Part shown: positions 55,301-64,000 of the stretch, piece after piece
Numbering within the stretch: the stretch's first letter is position 1
Layout: each line of letters opens with the position of its first letter
Origin: a phage
Sequence record: PZ386974.1
Length of the DNA stretch: 64,000 nucleotides
Direction: 5' to 3' (one strand)
Notes under the pieces: model-generated
The model's input: the letters and a program-made list of their open reading frames with translations, nothing else
Databases searched by the model: none
What the model was told of the DNA's origin: nothing
Translations under genes and position numbers: made by a program

Positions 55301-56177
55301 TTCTCAACGTAATAAAGATGGGAATATAGCGTTTAGCATTAATGGCACTGTAATGCCAATAAACATTAACGCTTCCGGTTTGATGAATGTTAATGGCGTT
55401 GCAACATTCGGTCGTTCAGTTACTGCTAATGGCGAATTTATCAGTAAATCATCAAATGCTTTTAGAGCAATAAATGGAAATTACGGATTCTTTATTCGTA
55501 ATGCTGGTAATGACACTTATTTTATGCTCACTGCAGCTGGTGATCAGAACGGTGGATATAATGGATTACGTCCATTATCAATTAATAATCAATCCGGTCA
55601 AGTTACAATCGGTGAAAGCTTAATTATTGCCAAAGGTGTTACTATAAATTCAGGTGGTTTAACTGTTAACTCGAGAATTCGTTCTCAGGGTACTAAAACA
55701 TCTGATTTATATACCCGTGCACCAACATCTGATACTGTAGGATTCTGGTCAATCGATATTAACGATTCAGACACTTATAACCAGTTCCCAGGTTATTTTA
55801 AAATGGTTGAAAAAACTAATGAAGTGTCTGGACTTCCATACTTAGAACGTGGTGAAGAAGTTAAATCTCCTGGTACTTTGACTCAATTTGGCAATACTCT
55901 TGATTCACTTTACCAAGATTGGATTACTTATCCAACAACTCCAGACGCACGTACCACTCGCTGGACACGTACATGGCAGAAAACTAAAAATTCTTGGTCA
56001 AGTTTTGTTCAAGTATTTGATGGCGGAAACCCTCCTCAACCTTCTGATATTGGCGCTTTACCTTCTGATAATGCAACAATCGGAAACTTGACAATACGGG
56101 ATTTCTTAAGGATTGGTAATGTCCGCGTTATTCCAGACCCTGTGAATAAATCTGTTAAATTCGAGTGGATTGAATAA
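52302..56177 (+). CDS. 34: long tail fibre proximal subunit gp34
   Basis: 1291 aa (T4 about 1289 from memory); repetitive beta-rich sequence. Confidence 0.93.
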   Translation: MADIKRKFRAEDGLDAGGDKIVNVALADRTVGTDGVNVDFLVQENTVQVYDSTRGYNKGFVVLYDNRLYQAINDIVSPSGAFNLLQWRAVRTDAQWITVASGTYQLSSGESISVNTSAGNDMVFTLPNAPVDGDTIVLADIGGRTGAVKVQINASVQSILNFRGEQVRTVLMTRPRSQLVFVFSNRLWQMYIIDYGKESITVTPATPYQAQANDFIVLRFTSAAPINITLPRNANNGDIISLVDLDKLNPLYHTIIKTFDDTTSIGEVGTHIVEGRTSSDAFFVFDAANSLWRIWEGDQKSRLRIIRTDSNIRPNEEVLIFGTNNATAETINLTLPTGILTGDTVKISMNYMRKGQTVKIKAAEGDTIASSVALLQFPKRSEYPPDTQWVSVTELEFNGTTSYVPVLELAYIEDTDSDTHYWVVQQNVPTVERVDAGTDATRARLGVIALATQAQANADLENTPAKEVAITPETLANRTATEARRGIAKIATTAQVNQNSTASFVDDTVVTPKKLNERTATETRRGLAEIATQTETDAGLDDTTIITPKKLQARQGSETLSGIVKYVSTTSATPAASRGAAGTNVYNKDTTTLTISPKALDQYKATYAQQGAVILAVDSEVIAGQSQAGYSHAVVTPETLHKKTSTDGRIGLIEIATQAETNAGTDYTRAVTPKTLNDRKATEGLSGIAELATQVEFDTGTDDTRISTPLKIKTHFDSSDRTSVNSDSGLIEEGTLWNHYTLDISKANETQRGTLRVATQAESNAGTLDDVLITPKKLLGTKSTETSEGVIKVATRAETVTGTSANTAVSPKNLKWIVQNEPTWAATTAIRGFVKTSSGSITFVGNDTVGSTQPLESYEKNSYAVSPYELNRVLANYLPLKAKAADSNLLDGLDSSQFIRRDIAQTVNGSLTLTQQTNLSAPLVSSSTATFGGSVSANSTLTISNTGTATRLIFEKGPQTGTNPVQTMTIRVWGNQFGGGSDTTRSTVFEVGDETSNHFYSQRNKDGNIAFSINGTVMPININASGLMNVNGVATFGRSVTANGEFISKSSNAFRAINGNYGFFIRNAGNDTYFMLTAAGDQNGGYNGLRPLSINNQSGQVTIGESLIIAKGVTINSGGLTVNSRIRSQGTKTSDLYTRAPTSDTVGFWSIDINDSDTYNQFPGYFKMVEKTNEVSGLPYLERGEEVKSPGTLTQFGNTLDSLYQDWITYPTTPDARTTRWTRTWQKTKNSWSSFVQVFDGGNPPQPSDIGALPSDNATIGNLTIRDFLRIGNVRVIPDPVNKSVKFEWIE

Positions 56178-56185
56178 GAGGTATT

Positions 56186-57313
56186 ATGGAAAAATTTATG
56201 GCTAAGTTTGGACAAGGATACGTCCAAACGCCATTTTTATCGGAAAGCAATTCGGTACGATTTAAATTAAGCATAGCGGGCTCTTGTCCGCTATCAACAT
56301 CTCCTGCCTATATTAAGTTCCAAGATAATCCACTTGGGTCCCAGGTTTTTTCTGTTGGATTAAACGTTCGTGTAATAAATCCTACAACAGGTGCAGTAGT
56401 TGAATCTAAGTCATATAATTTCTCTACTGAAAACGACGCCACGTCAAGTGCATTTGTTACTTTCATGGACACATATGCTTCAAATTTTATATTTGCTCTT
56501 GTTACTAACGCTAAAACAAACTTTCCACCCGAAGTTCTTACATGGTTTAATAAAGCCGGAAGTTCTGCTATTCCATTAGCTCAACAAGTTTTAAATATAG
56601 TGGACATTTCTTATTCTGCGTTTTATATTTCTGGTAAGAATGCTATAGCACTAGAACATATTAAGTATAGTAATAAGAAAACTTCAACCGACTATAGTAC
56701 ACCACTTGATGTTGTGTACGACACGATCGATGATATTGGTGCTACCGGCTTCCCTAGACGTACGTACGAATCGACAGACACATTTTTATCTGCTGTTGGA
56801 GGTGCTAATAATGAAATTAAAAGGATGCCTACAACGTCCGTTATTACACCTCTCACTGGGTATAAATTGAAGCCTGGAGATTTCCTTTATATGAAATTCC
56901 AACTAATGGCCGATGCCGATTTGTTAGCACAAGGGACGACACGACTTTCTATTCGTTTCTTTAAATCTCCTTCTACTTCACCTATTTCATTTAAGGATAT
57001 AAACTTTGATGGGGCTGCAGGTGAATGGAAGATATATGAAGACTACATAGAAATTCCTGCTGGTGCTGACGGGTTCACGATTTATTGTTATCGTACAGCT
57101 CCAGTCGGGCAAGGTGGATTAAGAAACGTTATATTCACTGAAGTATCATGTAATGGAAGCGTTTCAAAACCTGCCGAGTTTGGTATAAATGGTATTCGTG
57201 TAAATTATGTTTCAGAATCTTTAAGTGCCCCAGACATAATGACATTACCTACTCAATCTTCAACCGATACTGGTAAGGTATTTGGTCAAGAATTTAAAGA
57301 AGCATCAGAATAA
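56186..57313 (+). CDS. 35: long tail fibre hinge protein gp35
   Basis: 375 aa, T4 synteny. Confidence 0.9.
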   Translation: MEKFMAKFGQGYVQTPFLSESNSVRFKLSIAGSCPLSTSPAYIKFQDNPLGSQVFSVGLNVRVINPTTGAVVESKSYNFSTENDATSSAFVTFMDTYASNFIFALVTNAKTNFPPEVLTWFNKAGSSAIPLAQQVLNIVDISYSAFYISGKNAIALEHIKYSNKKTSTDYSTPLDVVYDTIDDIGATGFPRRTYESTDTFLSAVGGANNEIKRMPTTSVITPLTGYKLKPGDFLYMKFQLMADADLLAQGTTRLSIRFFKSPSTSPISFKDINFDGAAGEWKIYEDYIEIPAGADGFTIYCYRTAPVGQGGLRNVIFTEVSCNGSVSKPAEFGINGIRVNYVSESLSAPDIMTLPTQSSTDTGKVFGQEFKEASE

Positions 57314-57318
57314 ATTTA

Positions 57319-57343
57319 GGGAGACTTCGGTCTCCCATTTTTG
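57319..57343 (+). terminator. terminator GGGAGAC-ttcg-GTCTCCC + T-run after gene 35
   Basis: identical 25-mer to 9868-9892. Confidence 0.6.
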
Positions 57344-57351
57344 TATAAATA
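57344..57351 (+). promoter_or_regulatory. T4-type late promoter TATAAATA for gene 36
   Basis: exact motif immediately after the terminator. Confidence 0.6.
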
Positions 57352-57375
57352 TGGTATACATATAAGGAGACAACT

Positions 57376-58041
57376 ATGGCCGATTTAAAAGCTGGTAGTA
57401 CAACTGGCGGTGCTGTCATATGGCATCAAGGTAATTTCCCTTTAATGCCAGCAGGTGATGACGTCCTGTATAAAACGTTTAAACTCTATTCAGAATATAA
57501 TAAACCACAAGCTGCTGATAACGATTTCGTTTCTAAAGCTAATGGTGGTACGTATGCCGCTCGAGTAACATTTAATAATGGTGTGCAAGTACCTTATGCC
57601 GTAAATAACACAAATCAAAGTGGTATTTATCCTGGCAATGGCGATGCTGCTACTTTTGATACAGCAAATATTGATATTGTTTCATGGTATGGCATTGGTT
57701 TTAAATCATCACAAGGATCTGCAGGTAGAACTGTTGTTGTTAACACTCGTACTGGTGATATCAGCACTAAAGGTGGTATTTATGCAACTGGTCCTGTCCG
57801 TTCTAATGCTACTGCTCCGGTTGCAGCAAATGATCTCACAAGAAAAGATTATGTTGATGGACGAATAAATATTGTTACGGATAACGCAAATTCCCGTGTA
57901 TTGCGTAAAGGCGATACCATGACTGGTACTTTAACAGCACCAAACTTTTTCTCACAGAATCCGGCGTCTGAGGCTAATCATGTTCCTCGTTTCGACCAGA
58001 TTGTAATTAAAGATTCTGTTCAAGATTTCGGCTATTATTAA
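57376..58041 (+). CDS. 36: long tail fibre distal connector gp36
   Basis: 221 aa, same length as T4 gp36. Confidence 0.9.
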   Translation: MADLKAGSTTGGAVIWHQGNFPLMPAGDDVLYKTFKLYSEYNKPQAADNDFVSKANGGTYAARVTFNNGVQVPYAVNNTNQSGIYPGNGDAATFDTANIDIVSWYGIGFKSSQGSAGRTVVVNTRTGDISTKGGIYATGPVRSNATAPVAANDLTRKDYVDGRINIVTDNANSRVLRKGDTMTGTLTAPNFFSQNPASEANHVPRFDQIVIKDSVQDFGYY

Positions 58042-58049
58042 GAGGACTT

Positions 58050-61000
58050 ATGGCTACATTAAAACAGATACAATTTAAAAGAAGCAAAGTAGCAGGAGTT
58101 AATCCTACTGCAGCACAATTAGCCGAAGGCGAATTAGCGATAAACTTAAAAGATCGAACTCTTTTTACTAAAGATGACCTCGGTAATATTATTAGCCTAG
58201 GCTTTGCTAAGGGTGGGGATATTAACGGTAATGTAACTCAAAATGGTGATTATTTACAAAACGGCACATTTAACCTCAATGGAAATCAGTTTGTTTATGC
58301 AGGAAAATACATTGAATTTTTACCTAAAACCACTGGAAATGGCGCTTGGGCTAACCAACATTCGAATAAAGCCCCTATCTTTACAGATTTGAGTTCAACT
58401 ACTTCTATTTCAGAATACCACCCTTTGATTAAACAACGCTATAAAGATGGAACTTTTTCTGCTGGTACATTAGTAAACGAAGGTAGTTTTAAATTCCATT
58501 ATATTGATGAAACCGGGACTTCAAAATACTGGACTTTTAATCGAAACGGTAATTTTCAAGTTGATTCTGGAAGTTTATTAGTATCTAATGGATATTTAGT
58601 TACTCAAAGTAATATTGAAACTAAAGCTGGTTCTTTAATTGGTCCTAAAGTTATTACCAAAAATATCAATGTGAGCACTAAATCTTGGGGCACTAATATT
58701 GATACTGCATATGATTTAGTTTCATTACCGACTTGGCACTATACTCCAACCGAAACAGATTTGGATACTAATGGTATAAACTACCTTCGTAAATTCCGCG
58801 GACATGTTTCTTCTGCTATTTTCCATGAAGTTGCTGATGCTCGTTCAGGTAAACCACAGAATATTTCGTATTGGACGGGACGTAATGCTGAAGTTTATCA
58901 ATGGTCTTATACCACAGATGGGCGTATGTCTGTTGCTAATTCGATAGGTATAGGTCTTGCTGATGTTGGTGACCAAGGACGTTATCCATTGGTTTCGTTT
59001 GGTAAAGGTATTGCAATTGGTGACAATGATACTGGTATTAAATGGGTTCGTGACGGGGTTATCGATTTAGTTGCGAATGGTATTTCTGCCGGCACTATTC
59101 TTAATAACGGCATTAACAGTACTAAAAAATTGATGGTTGGTTATAGTCGAGATTCTGGTTCTACTTGGGATTACCCAAATAACAACCAAGCAATGTTTAC
59201 TGCGCGTACCGATGTTGATGGTAATAATAACGGTGACGGTCAGACTCATATTGGTTATAGCAGCAATGCCAAGATGTATCACTATTTCCGTGGCACTGGT
59301 CGTATGTCCGTTAGTATGGGCGATGGACTTCTTGTTGAGCCTGGCATTTTAGATATTAAAACTGGTTCAAATTCGTTAAATTTGCGTGCTGATGGTACCA
59401 TCGCTTCCGTTCAAACGTTAAAACTTAATAATGGATTATATTTTAATGGCGATGGAACTAATGCTTCTCTAGTTTTTAAAGCAGCTTCAGGTATTGATGG
59501 CACTAAGCAAATCATGTGGGAAGGCGGTACTCGAGCAGGTCAGAATAAGAGTTATGTAACGGCTAAAGCATGGGGTAATTCATTTAATGCCACTGGTGAT
59601 AAATCTCGTGAAACTGTATTTGAAGTTAGTGACGGGCATGGATACCATTTTTATTCTCAACGTGTAGCTCCTGCGCCTGGTTCTACCGTCGGACCTATTC
59701 AATTTCGAGTTAATGGTGGTTTATTAACTTCAGGTAGTATTGTTACTTCTGGTTCTATTACAACTGAATCTTCTTTAAGTGTTAATAATGGCATGTCAGT
59801 AAATGGACAAGCTAAATTCGGTGGAACTGCTGATGCATTAAGAATTTGGAATGCTGAATACGGTGCTATTTTCCGTCGTTCAGAGGCGGCATTGCATATT
59901 ATTCCAACTCCTAAAGATGCAGGTGAATCTGGCGGAATAAGTAATCTTCGCCCATTAAGTATCAGCCTTAATAATGGTATGGTGCAAATGCGTCATTCTG
60001 TCACGTTAGGTGACGATGGTGCTGGCGGTAATATGATTACAGTGGACAATGATAACAAACTTGTTGTTGTTACTAGTAATAGTCGCATTTCTCCTAATTT
60101 CAGAATGCAGATAGGTCAGTCGGCATACATTGATGCAGAATGTACTGATAGAGCACGTCCGGCCGGAGCGGGTTCTTTTGCTTCCCAAAATAATGAAAAT
60201 GTACGTGCGCCGTTCTATATGAATATTGATAGAACTGATACTAGTACATATGTTCCTATTTTGAAACAACGATATGTTCAAGGAAATAGCTGTTATTCTT
60301 TAGGAACTCTAATTAATGGTGGTAACTTTAGAGTTCATTATCATGAAGGTGGTGATAATGATTCGACGGGCCCTTTAATTAAGGACTTCGGGTGGGAATT
60401 CAATAGAACCGGTGATTTTATTTCCCCTGGTAAATTAGGCGCTGGTACGGTTCGTATTGGTACTGACGGTAACATCACAGGTGGTTCTGGTAATTTTGCC
60501 AACTTAAATAGTACAATTGAATCACTTAAAACTGATATTGTCTCAAGTTATCCAATTGGTGCTCCGATTCCATGGCCTACTGATACACCTCCTGAAGGTT
60601 ATGCCATAATGGAAGGTCAAACATTTGATGCTGGCTTGTATCCTAAGTTAGCTGCGGTGTATCCTTCCGGCTCTCTGCCTGATATGCGTGGTCAAACTAT
60701 CAAGGGTAAACCATCTGGGCGTGCTGTATTGAGTACAGAAGCAGACGGTGTTAAGTCACATAGCCATAGTGCAAGTGCATCAAGCACAGATTTGGGTACT
60801 AAGACCACTTCTAGTTTTGATTACGGTAGCAAAACGACTTCAAGCTTTGATTATGGTACTAAGACCAGTAATACCACTGGCAACCATAACCATACAGTGA
60901 GTGGTAATACTAGTTCCGCAGGAGCTCACCACCACGCGCGTTCAGGTCCTCAGGTACAAGGCGGCATACCCACTAGCGTATTCTATGATGGATACAATAG

Positions 61001-61304
61001 TGCTGGTCCAAACGGCAACGCTAAATTCACTGCAACCGTGAGCGGTGCTACTGCATCGTCGAATATGGCCAAAACTTCTTCAGACGGTGCCCACACCCAT
61101 AGTTGGTCAGGAACTACTAGCTCTACGGGTAACCACGCGCATACTGTAGGTATCGGTGCCCATAGCCATTCGGTCGGTATTGGTGCTCATACCCACACGG
61201 TAGCTATTGGTTCGCACGGTCATACTATCACTGTAAATAGTACAGGAAATACAGAAAACACAGTTAAAAACGTTGCTTTTAACTATATCGTTCGTTTAGC
61301 ATAA
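58050..61304 (+). CDS. 37: long tail fibre distal subunit / receptor-binding protein gp37
   Basis: 1084 aa; C-terminal His-box (HxH) repeats and terminal ...NYIVRLA as in T4 gp37. Confidence 0.93.
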   Translation: MATLKQIQFKRSKVAGVNPTAAQLAEGELAINLKDRTLFTKDDLGNIISLGFAKGGDINGNVTQNGDYLQNGTFNLNGNQFVYAGKYIEFLPKTTGNGAWANQHSNKAPIFTDLSSTTSISEYHPLIKQRYKDGTFSAGTLVNEGSFKFHYIDETGTSKYWTFNRNGNFQVDSGSLLVSNGYLVTQSNIETKAGSLIGPKVITKNINVSTKSWGTNIDTAYDLVSLPTWHYTPTETDLDTNGINYLRKFRGHVSSAIFHEVADARSGKPQNISYWTGRNAEVYQWSYTTDGRMSVANSIGIGLADVGDQGRYPLVSFGKGIAIGDNDTGIKWVRDGVIDLVANGISAGTILNNGINSTKKLMVGYSRDSGSTWDYPNNNQAMFTARTDVDGNNNGDGQTHIGYSSNAKMYHYFRGTGRMSVSMGDGLLVEPGILDIKTGSNSLNLRADGTIASVQTLKLNNGLYFNGDGTNASLVFKAASGIDGTKQIMWEGGTRAGQNKSYVTAKAWGNSFNATGDKSRETVFEVSDGHGYHFYSQRVAPAPGSTVGPIQFRVNGGLLTSGSIVTSGSITTESSLSVNNGMSVNGQAKFGGTADALRIWNAEYGAIFRRSEAALHIIPTPKDAGESGGISNLRPLSISLNNGMVQMRHSVTLGDDGAGGNMITVDNDNKLVVVTSNSRISPNFRMQIGQSAYIDAECTDRARPAGAGSFASQNNENVRAPFYMNIDRTDTSTYVPILKQRYVQGNSCYSLGTLINGGNFRVHYHEGGDNDSTGPLIKDFGWEFNRTGDFISPGKLGAGTVRIGTDGNITGGSGNFANLNSTIESLKTDIVSSYPIGAPIPWPTDTPPEGYAIMEGQTFDAGLYPKLAAVYPSGSLPDMRGQTIKGKPSGRAVLSTEADGVKSHSHSASASSTDLGTKTTSSFDYGSKTTSSFDYGTKTSNTTGNHNHTVSGNTSSAGAHHHARSGPQVQGGIPTSVFYDGYNSAGPNGNAKFTATVSGATASSNMAKTSSDGAHTHSWSGTTSSTGNHAHTVGIGAHSHSVGIGAHTHTVAIGSHGHTITVNSTGNTENTVKNVAFNYIVRLA
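60795..60854 (+). repeat. tandem 30-bp (10-codon) repeat [10 protein letters not shown] x2 in gp37 tip region
   Basis: two adjacent units with conserved peptide but many synonymous differences; T4 has a single copy by recall. Confidence 0.6.
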
Positions 61305-61310
61305 GGAGAA

Positions 61311-61330
61311 GGGACCTCAGTCCCTTTTTA
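61311..61330 (+). terminator. hairpin GGGAC-ctca-GTCCC + T-run between genes 37 and 38
   Basis: lies between the gene 38 SD-like GGAG (61305-61308) and its ATG (61335). Confidence 0.5.
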
Positions 61331-61334
61331 TAAT

Positions 61335-61886
61335 ATGAAACTCTATCATTATTATTTTGACACTAAAGAATTTTACAAAGAAGAAAATTATAAACCATTA
61401 AAAGGCGTAGGATTTCCGGCTCATTCGACACCAAAAAAACCTTTAGACCCTAAAGAAGGCTATGCTGTTATATTTGATGAACGCGAACAAGAATGGGTAT
61501 ATGTTGAAGACCATCGTGGAAAAACGGTATGGACTTATGATAAGCAAAAAATTGTTATTGACACTCCAGGTGCTCTTCAAAATGTTACTACAGAAGAACC
61601 TGGTGAATTTGACATTTGGACCGACGACGGGTGGAAGGAAGATGAAGCATATAAACGTGTAGTTCAACGTGATAAGAAAATTCATGAACTCTATAAATTA
61701 TTCAGTGTTTTAAGTTCTCTTATTGATGCAGAGGTTGCTAATAGAGAAGAAAAACGAAAATTTAAAGAGCTCAAAAAATTCTTTGCCCTTTTAGAAAAAC
61801 ATGAACATCTTGGCGGCGAATTCCCTAAATTCCCTGACCTTGAAAGCAAATCACTTGTTAAACGAATTATAAATATCTTTAAGTAA
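61335..61886 (+). CDS. 38: tail fibre assembly chaperone gp38 (T4-type)
   Basis: 183 aa; MKLYHYYFDTKEFYKEENYKP... matches T4 gp38. Confidence 0.93.
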   Translation: MKLYHYYFDTKEFYKEENYKPLKGVGFPAHSTPKKPLDPKEGYAVIFDEREQEWVYVEDHRGKTVWTYDKQKIVIDTPGALQNVTTEEPGEFDIWTDDGWKEDEAYKRVVQRDKKIHELYKLFSVLSSLIDAEVANREEKRKFKELKKFFALLEKHEHLGGEFPKFPDLESKSLVKRIINIFK

Positions 61887-61895
61887 GGAGGTATT

Positions 61896-62555
61896 ATGGC
61901 AACACCAAAAGTGTCATTTTCGCCTAGTGATATTCTATTTGGGTTGCTAGATCGTATTTTCAAAGATAACGCTACTGGAAAGGTTTTAATGTCCCGAGTA
62001 GCGGTAATTATTCTTTTGTTCCTAATGGCACTAATATGGTACAAAGGAAGTATTTTGCTGGATTATTATGTAAGAGCTAAGTATGATACTTATACTGAAA
62101 TAATCCAAAAAGAACGAGCTTTACGTTTTGAATCTGCGGCTCTAGAACAACTGCAAATAGTTCATATCTCATCTGGTGCAGATTTTAGTGCTGTGTATTC
62201 TTTCAGACCTAAAAACTTAAATTATTTTGTCGACCTTATAGCTTATGAAGGCAAACTACCTAGCACAATTTCTGAAAAGTCCCTTGGCGGATTCCCGGTG
62301 GATAAAACGGCCAATGAATATATAATTCATTTAAGCGGCCGTCATTTCTCATCTAAATCAGAATTTGCATTTTTGCCTACAAAATCTAAGACTGCCGAAC
62401 TTTCTTATATGTATAGCTGTCCATACTTTAATTTGGATAACATCTATGCTGGAACTGTGACGATGTATTGGTATAAGGGGAATAATATACTTGAGGAGGA
62501 CCGCTTAGCGGCTATATGCAACCAAGCGGTCCGAATACTAGGAAGGGCTAAATAA
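61896..62555 (+). CDS. t: holin T
   Basis: 219 aa; single N-terminal TM segment, large periplasmic domain; matches T4 T. Confidence 0.93.
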   Translation: MATPKVSFSPSDILFGLLDRIFKDNATGKVLMSRVAVIILLFLMALIWYKGSILLDYYVRAKYDTYTEIIQKERALRFESAALEQLQIVHISSGADFSAVYSFRPKNLNYFVDLIAYEGKLPSTISEKSLGGFPVDKTANEYIIHLSGRHFSSKSEFAFLPTKSKTAELSYMYSCPYFNLDNIYAGTVTMYWYKGNNILEEDRLAAICNQAVRILGRAK

Positions 62556-62828
62556 TTAGTTGTTAGAATACATCGCTAAATGACGATAAATATTTTCAAA
62601 ACCTTCATTGAATTCACTAATCAGTGTTTTCTTTTCTTCGGCAGTTAAATTTGTAATTAGTTTTCTAAAAGAATTCTGATTTAGCTGCCGACCATCTTTT
62701 TTAATTCCAATCTCATTCAAGAATCCGATGAAACTTGCTCGGTCTTCAACAATATCTTCCCTAGAGAATTTAATCAAAATAGAAGCAATAGTAATAATTT
62801 CACGTACGATTTCAATGTCTTTATTCAT
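62556..62828 (-). CDS. asiA: anti-sigma70 factor AsiA
   Basis: 90 aa; MNKDIEIVREIITIASILIKFSREDIVE matches T4 AsiA. Confidence 0.93.
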   Translation of the reverse strand: MNKDIEIVREIITIASILIKFSREDIVEDRASFIGFLNEIGIKKDGRQLNQNSFRKLITNLTAEEKKTLISEFNEGFENIYRHLAMYSNN

Positions 62829-62874
62829 AACGTTTTATTCATTCCACTTAGTTGATATGGATATAGTACCATTA

Positions 62875-63036
62875 TCAGTGTTGATTGTAAACGGCTTTTT
62901 CTACGCTTTTAACGTAATTGGTATAGTCTTCCTGTTCGTACGAGTGTAAGGCTAAGAACAGAGCTAATAATTCATTATAGACTAAAGCCTCACGCTCACG
63001 TTCGGCCTCTACTACGTTCTGAAGATTATGACTCAT
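62875..63036 (-). CDS. hypothetical protein (asiA.5-like)
   Basis: 53-aa product from internal ATG with AAGGA RBS. Confidence 0.45.
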   Translation of the reverse strand: MSHNLQNVVEAEREREALVYNELLALFLALHSYEQEDYTNYVKSVEKAVYNQH

Positions 63037-63325
63037 ATCGTTCCTTATAACTATCAATATAGTCCTGTATGTCGAAAAACGACATTTCATATTCTAGGGC
63101 GTTAAGAGCCCGTTCTTCAGTATAGTCAGAACCAAAGACGATAGTGATTTCGCCAGGCTTCATGTGATTGAAATCGACACTAAAAGGAATACGAGAACAT
63201 ACTTCGTCTGCCATATCTACGATAACACTACGACACACTTCTCGGTTAACCCGATAAAGCTCTGCAAGTTCTTCACATCGAATAACAAGTTCAGTGGCAG
63301 GATTTTCTTTGATTTTAGTAAGCAT
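63026..63325 (-). CDS. arn: Arn-like anti-restriction protein (tentative)
   Basis: 99-aa product from internal ATG (MLTKIKENP...); position upstream of asiA as T4 arn. Confidence 0.55.
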   Translation of the reverse strand: MLTKIKENPATELVIRCEELAELYRVNREVCRSVIVDMADEVCSRIPFSVDFNHMKPGEITIVFGSDYTEERALNALEYEMSFFDIQDYIDSYKERYES

Positions 63326-63408
63326 AGTCTTTACCCTTATGTTTTTGTTTACGTTTAGATTGAAGTTCTGATTTCTTTTTGTCCTTATGGACGGAAGCCT
63401 TATTGAAA

Positions 63409-63627
63409 TCATGTTTTGCCACAAGATTGTTCATAATGCTTTATAACCTCGTTTAAACATTTACTAGTGAAAGAAAACTTTTTAGCCACAGAACATTCGA
63501 TAATGTGCTCTTTCAAATCTTTAGAGTCGGTATAACCCATCTCAATAATAAAGTGGCGAATTAAAGCTTTATTCTTATCATTAACAGAATTAAAATAATC
63601 TGCTTTAGAATCAATTATTCTCATCAT
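63409..63627 (-). CDS. hypothetical protein (arn.x-like)
   Basis: 72-aa ORF. Confidence 0.5.
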   Translation of the reverse strand: MMRIIDSKADYFNSVNDKNKALIRHFIIEMGYTDSKDLKEHIIECSVAKKFSFTSKCLNEVIKHYEQSCGKT

Positions 63628-63892
63628 CTAATTTCCTTAATTGATATTGCAACGAGCTAATAATTTCTTCGTTCATTTTAATATACATGTCACGCAAGAA
63701 AGGTTTTAATCCATCACGAATAATTGCTAACGTATCACCTTTACATAAATTAACCAAATAAGGATGGTCTAAAGCGTCCCAACCAGGCTGATTAGCATAC
63801 ATACCATAGTTTTCTTCCATCATAGCATTCAGGCGTTTGATATGATTAATGTGGGCTTCAATAGCATCAATCTGGAGTTGTTTAAGATTCAT
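63611..63892 (-). CDS. hypothetical protein (arn.x-like)
   Basis: 93-aa ORF; start overlaps upstream stop (TAATG). Confidence 0.5.
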   Translation of the reverse strand: MNLKQLQIDAIEAHINHIKRLNAMMEENYGMYANQPGWDALDHPYLVNLCKGDTLAIIRDGLKPFLRDMYIKMNEEIISSLQYQLRKLDDENN

Positions 63893-64000
63893 TAGTAAAG
63901 GTCCTCAGAGTAAAGTTCTTTTTCATTACCACCACGTTCAATACGTACTTGTCCAGCGTAAGTTGCAATAATCATTGCTTCTTCACGTGTCCAGTAATTA
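63892..64000 (-). CDS. hypothetical protein, 3' end only (gene continues beyond window)
   Basis: open minus-strand frame ...[11 protein letters not shown] running to window edge. Confidence 0.4.
   Translation of the reverse strand, partial: NYWTREEAMIIATYAGQVRIERGGNEKELYSEDLY

Noticed and set aside
57620-57868. 82-aa Leu-rich ORF in an alternative frame within gene 36
   Set aside because: Overlaps a well-supported tail-fibre gene in another frame with low-complexity translation; no initiation signals.

Overview
This window reads as a contiguous ~64 kb segment of a T4-like (Tequatrovirus-type) myovirus genome, annotated by recall of T4 protein sequences and the supplied ORF track; no database search was run. 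It starts exactly at the start codon of the large terminase gene 17 and runs through tail sheath/tube (18, 19), portal and prohead core (20, 67, 68, 21, 22), major capsid (23), vertex (24), rnlB, hoc, inh, segE, uvsW, uvsY, baseplate hub genes (25, 26, 51, 27, 28, 29, 48, 54), alt, DNA ligase (30) with the 30.x block, rIII, 31, cd, pseT, spanins, alc, rnlA, denA, nrdB, nrdA, td, frd, 32, 59, 33, dsbA, rnh, long tail fibre genes 34-38, holin t, asiA and arn. No tRNA, rRNA, CRISPR array or transposon was found. Regulation is T4-like: TATAAATA late promoters before late genes, a family of early promoters (GTTTAC-N17-TACTAT/TATAAT) on the minus strand, and GC-rich tetraloop hairpins between genes. 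The most notable departures from canonical T4 are: (1) an intact class I DAHP synthase gene translationally coupled to cd; (2) a ~295 bp ORF-free, hairpin-rich region between rIII and a 30.9-like gene; (3) Hoc carrying an extra tandemly duplicated Ig-like domain; (4) a small antisense early gene with its own promoter between genes 23 and 24; (5) intron-less nrdB and td, with segE the only homing endonuclease gene; (6) a duplicated 10-residue motif next to the His-box receptor tip of gp37.
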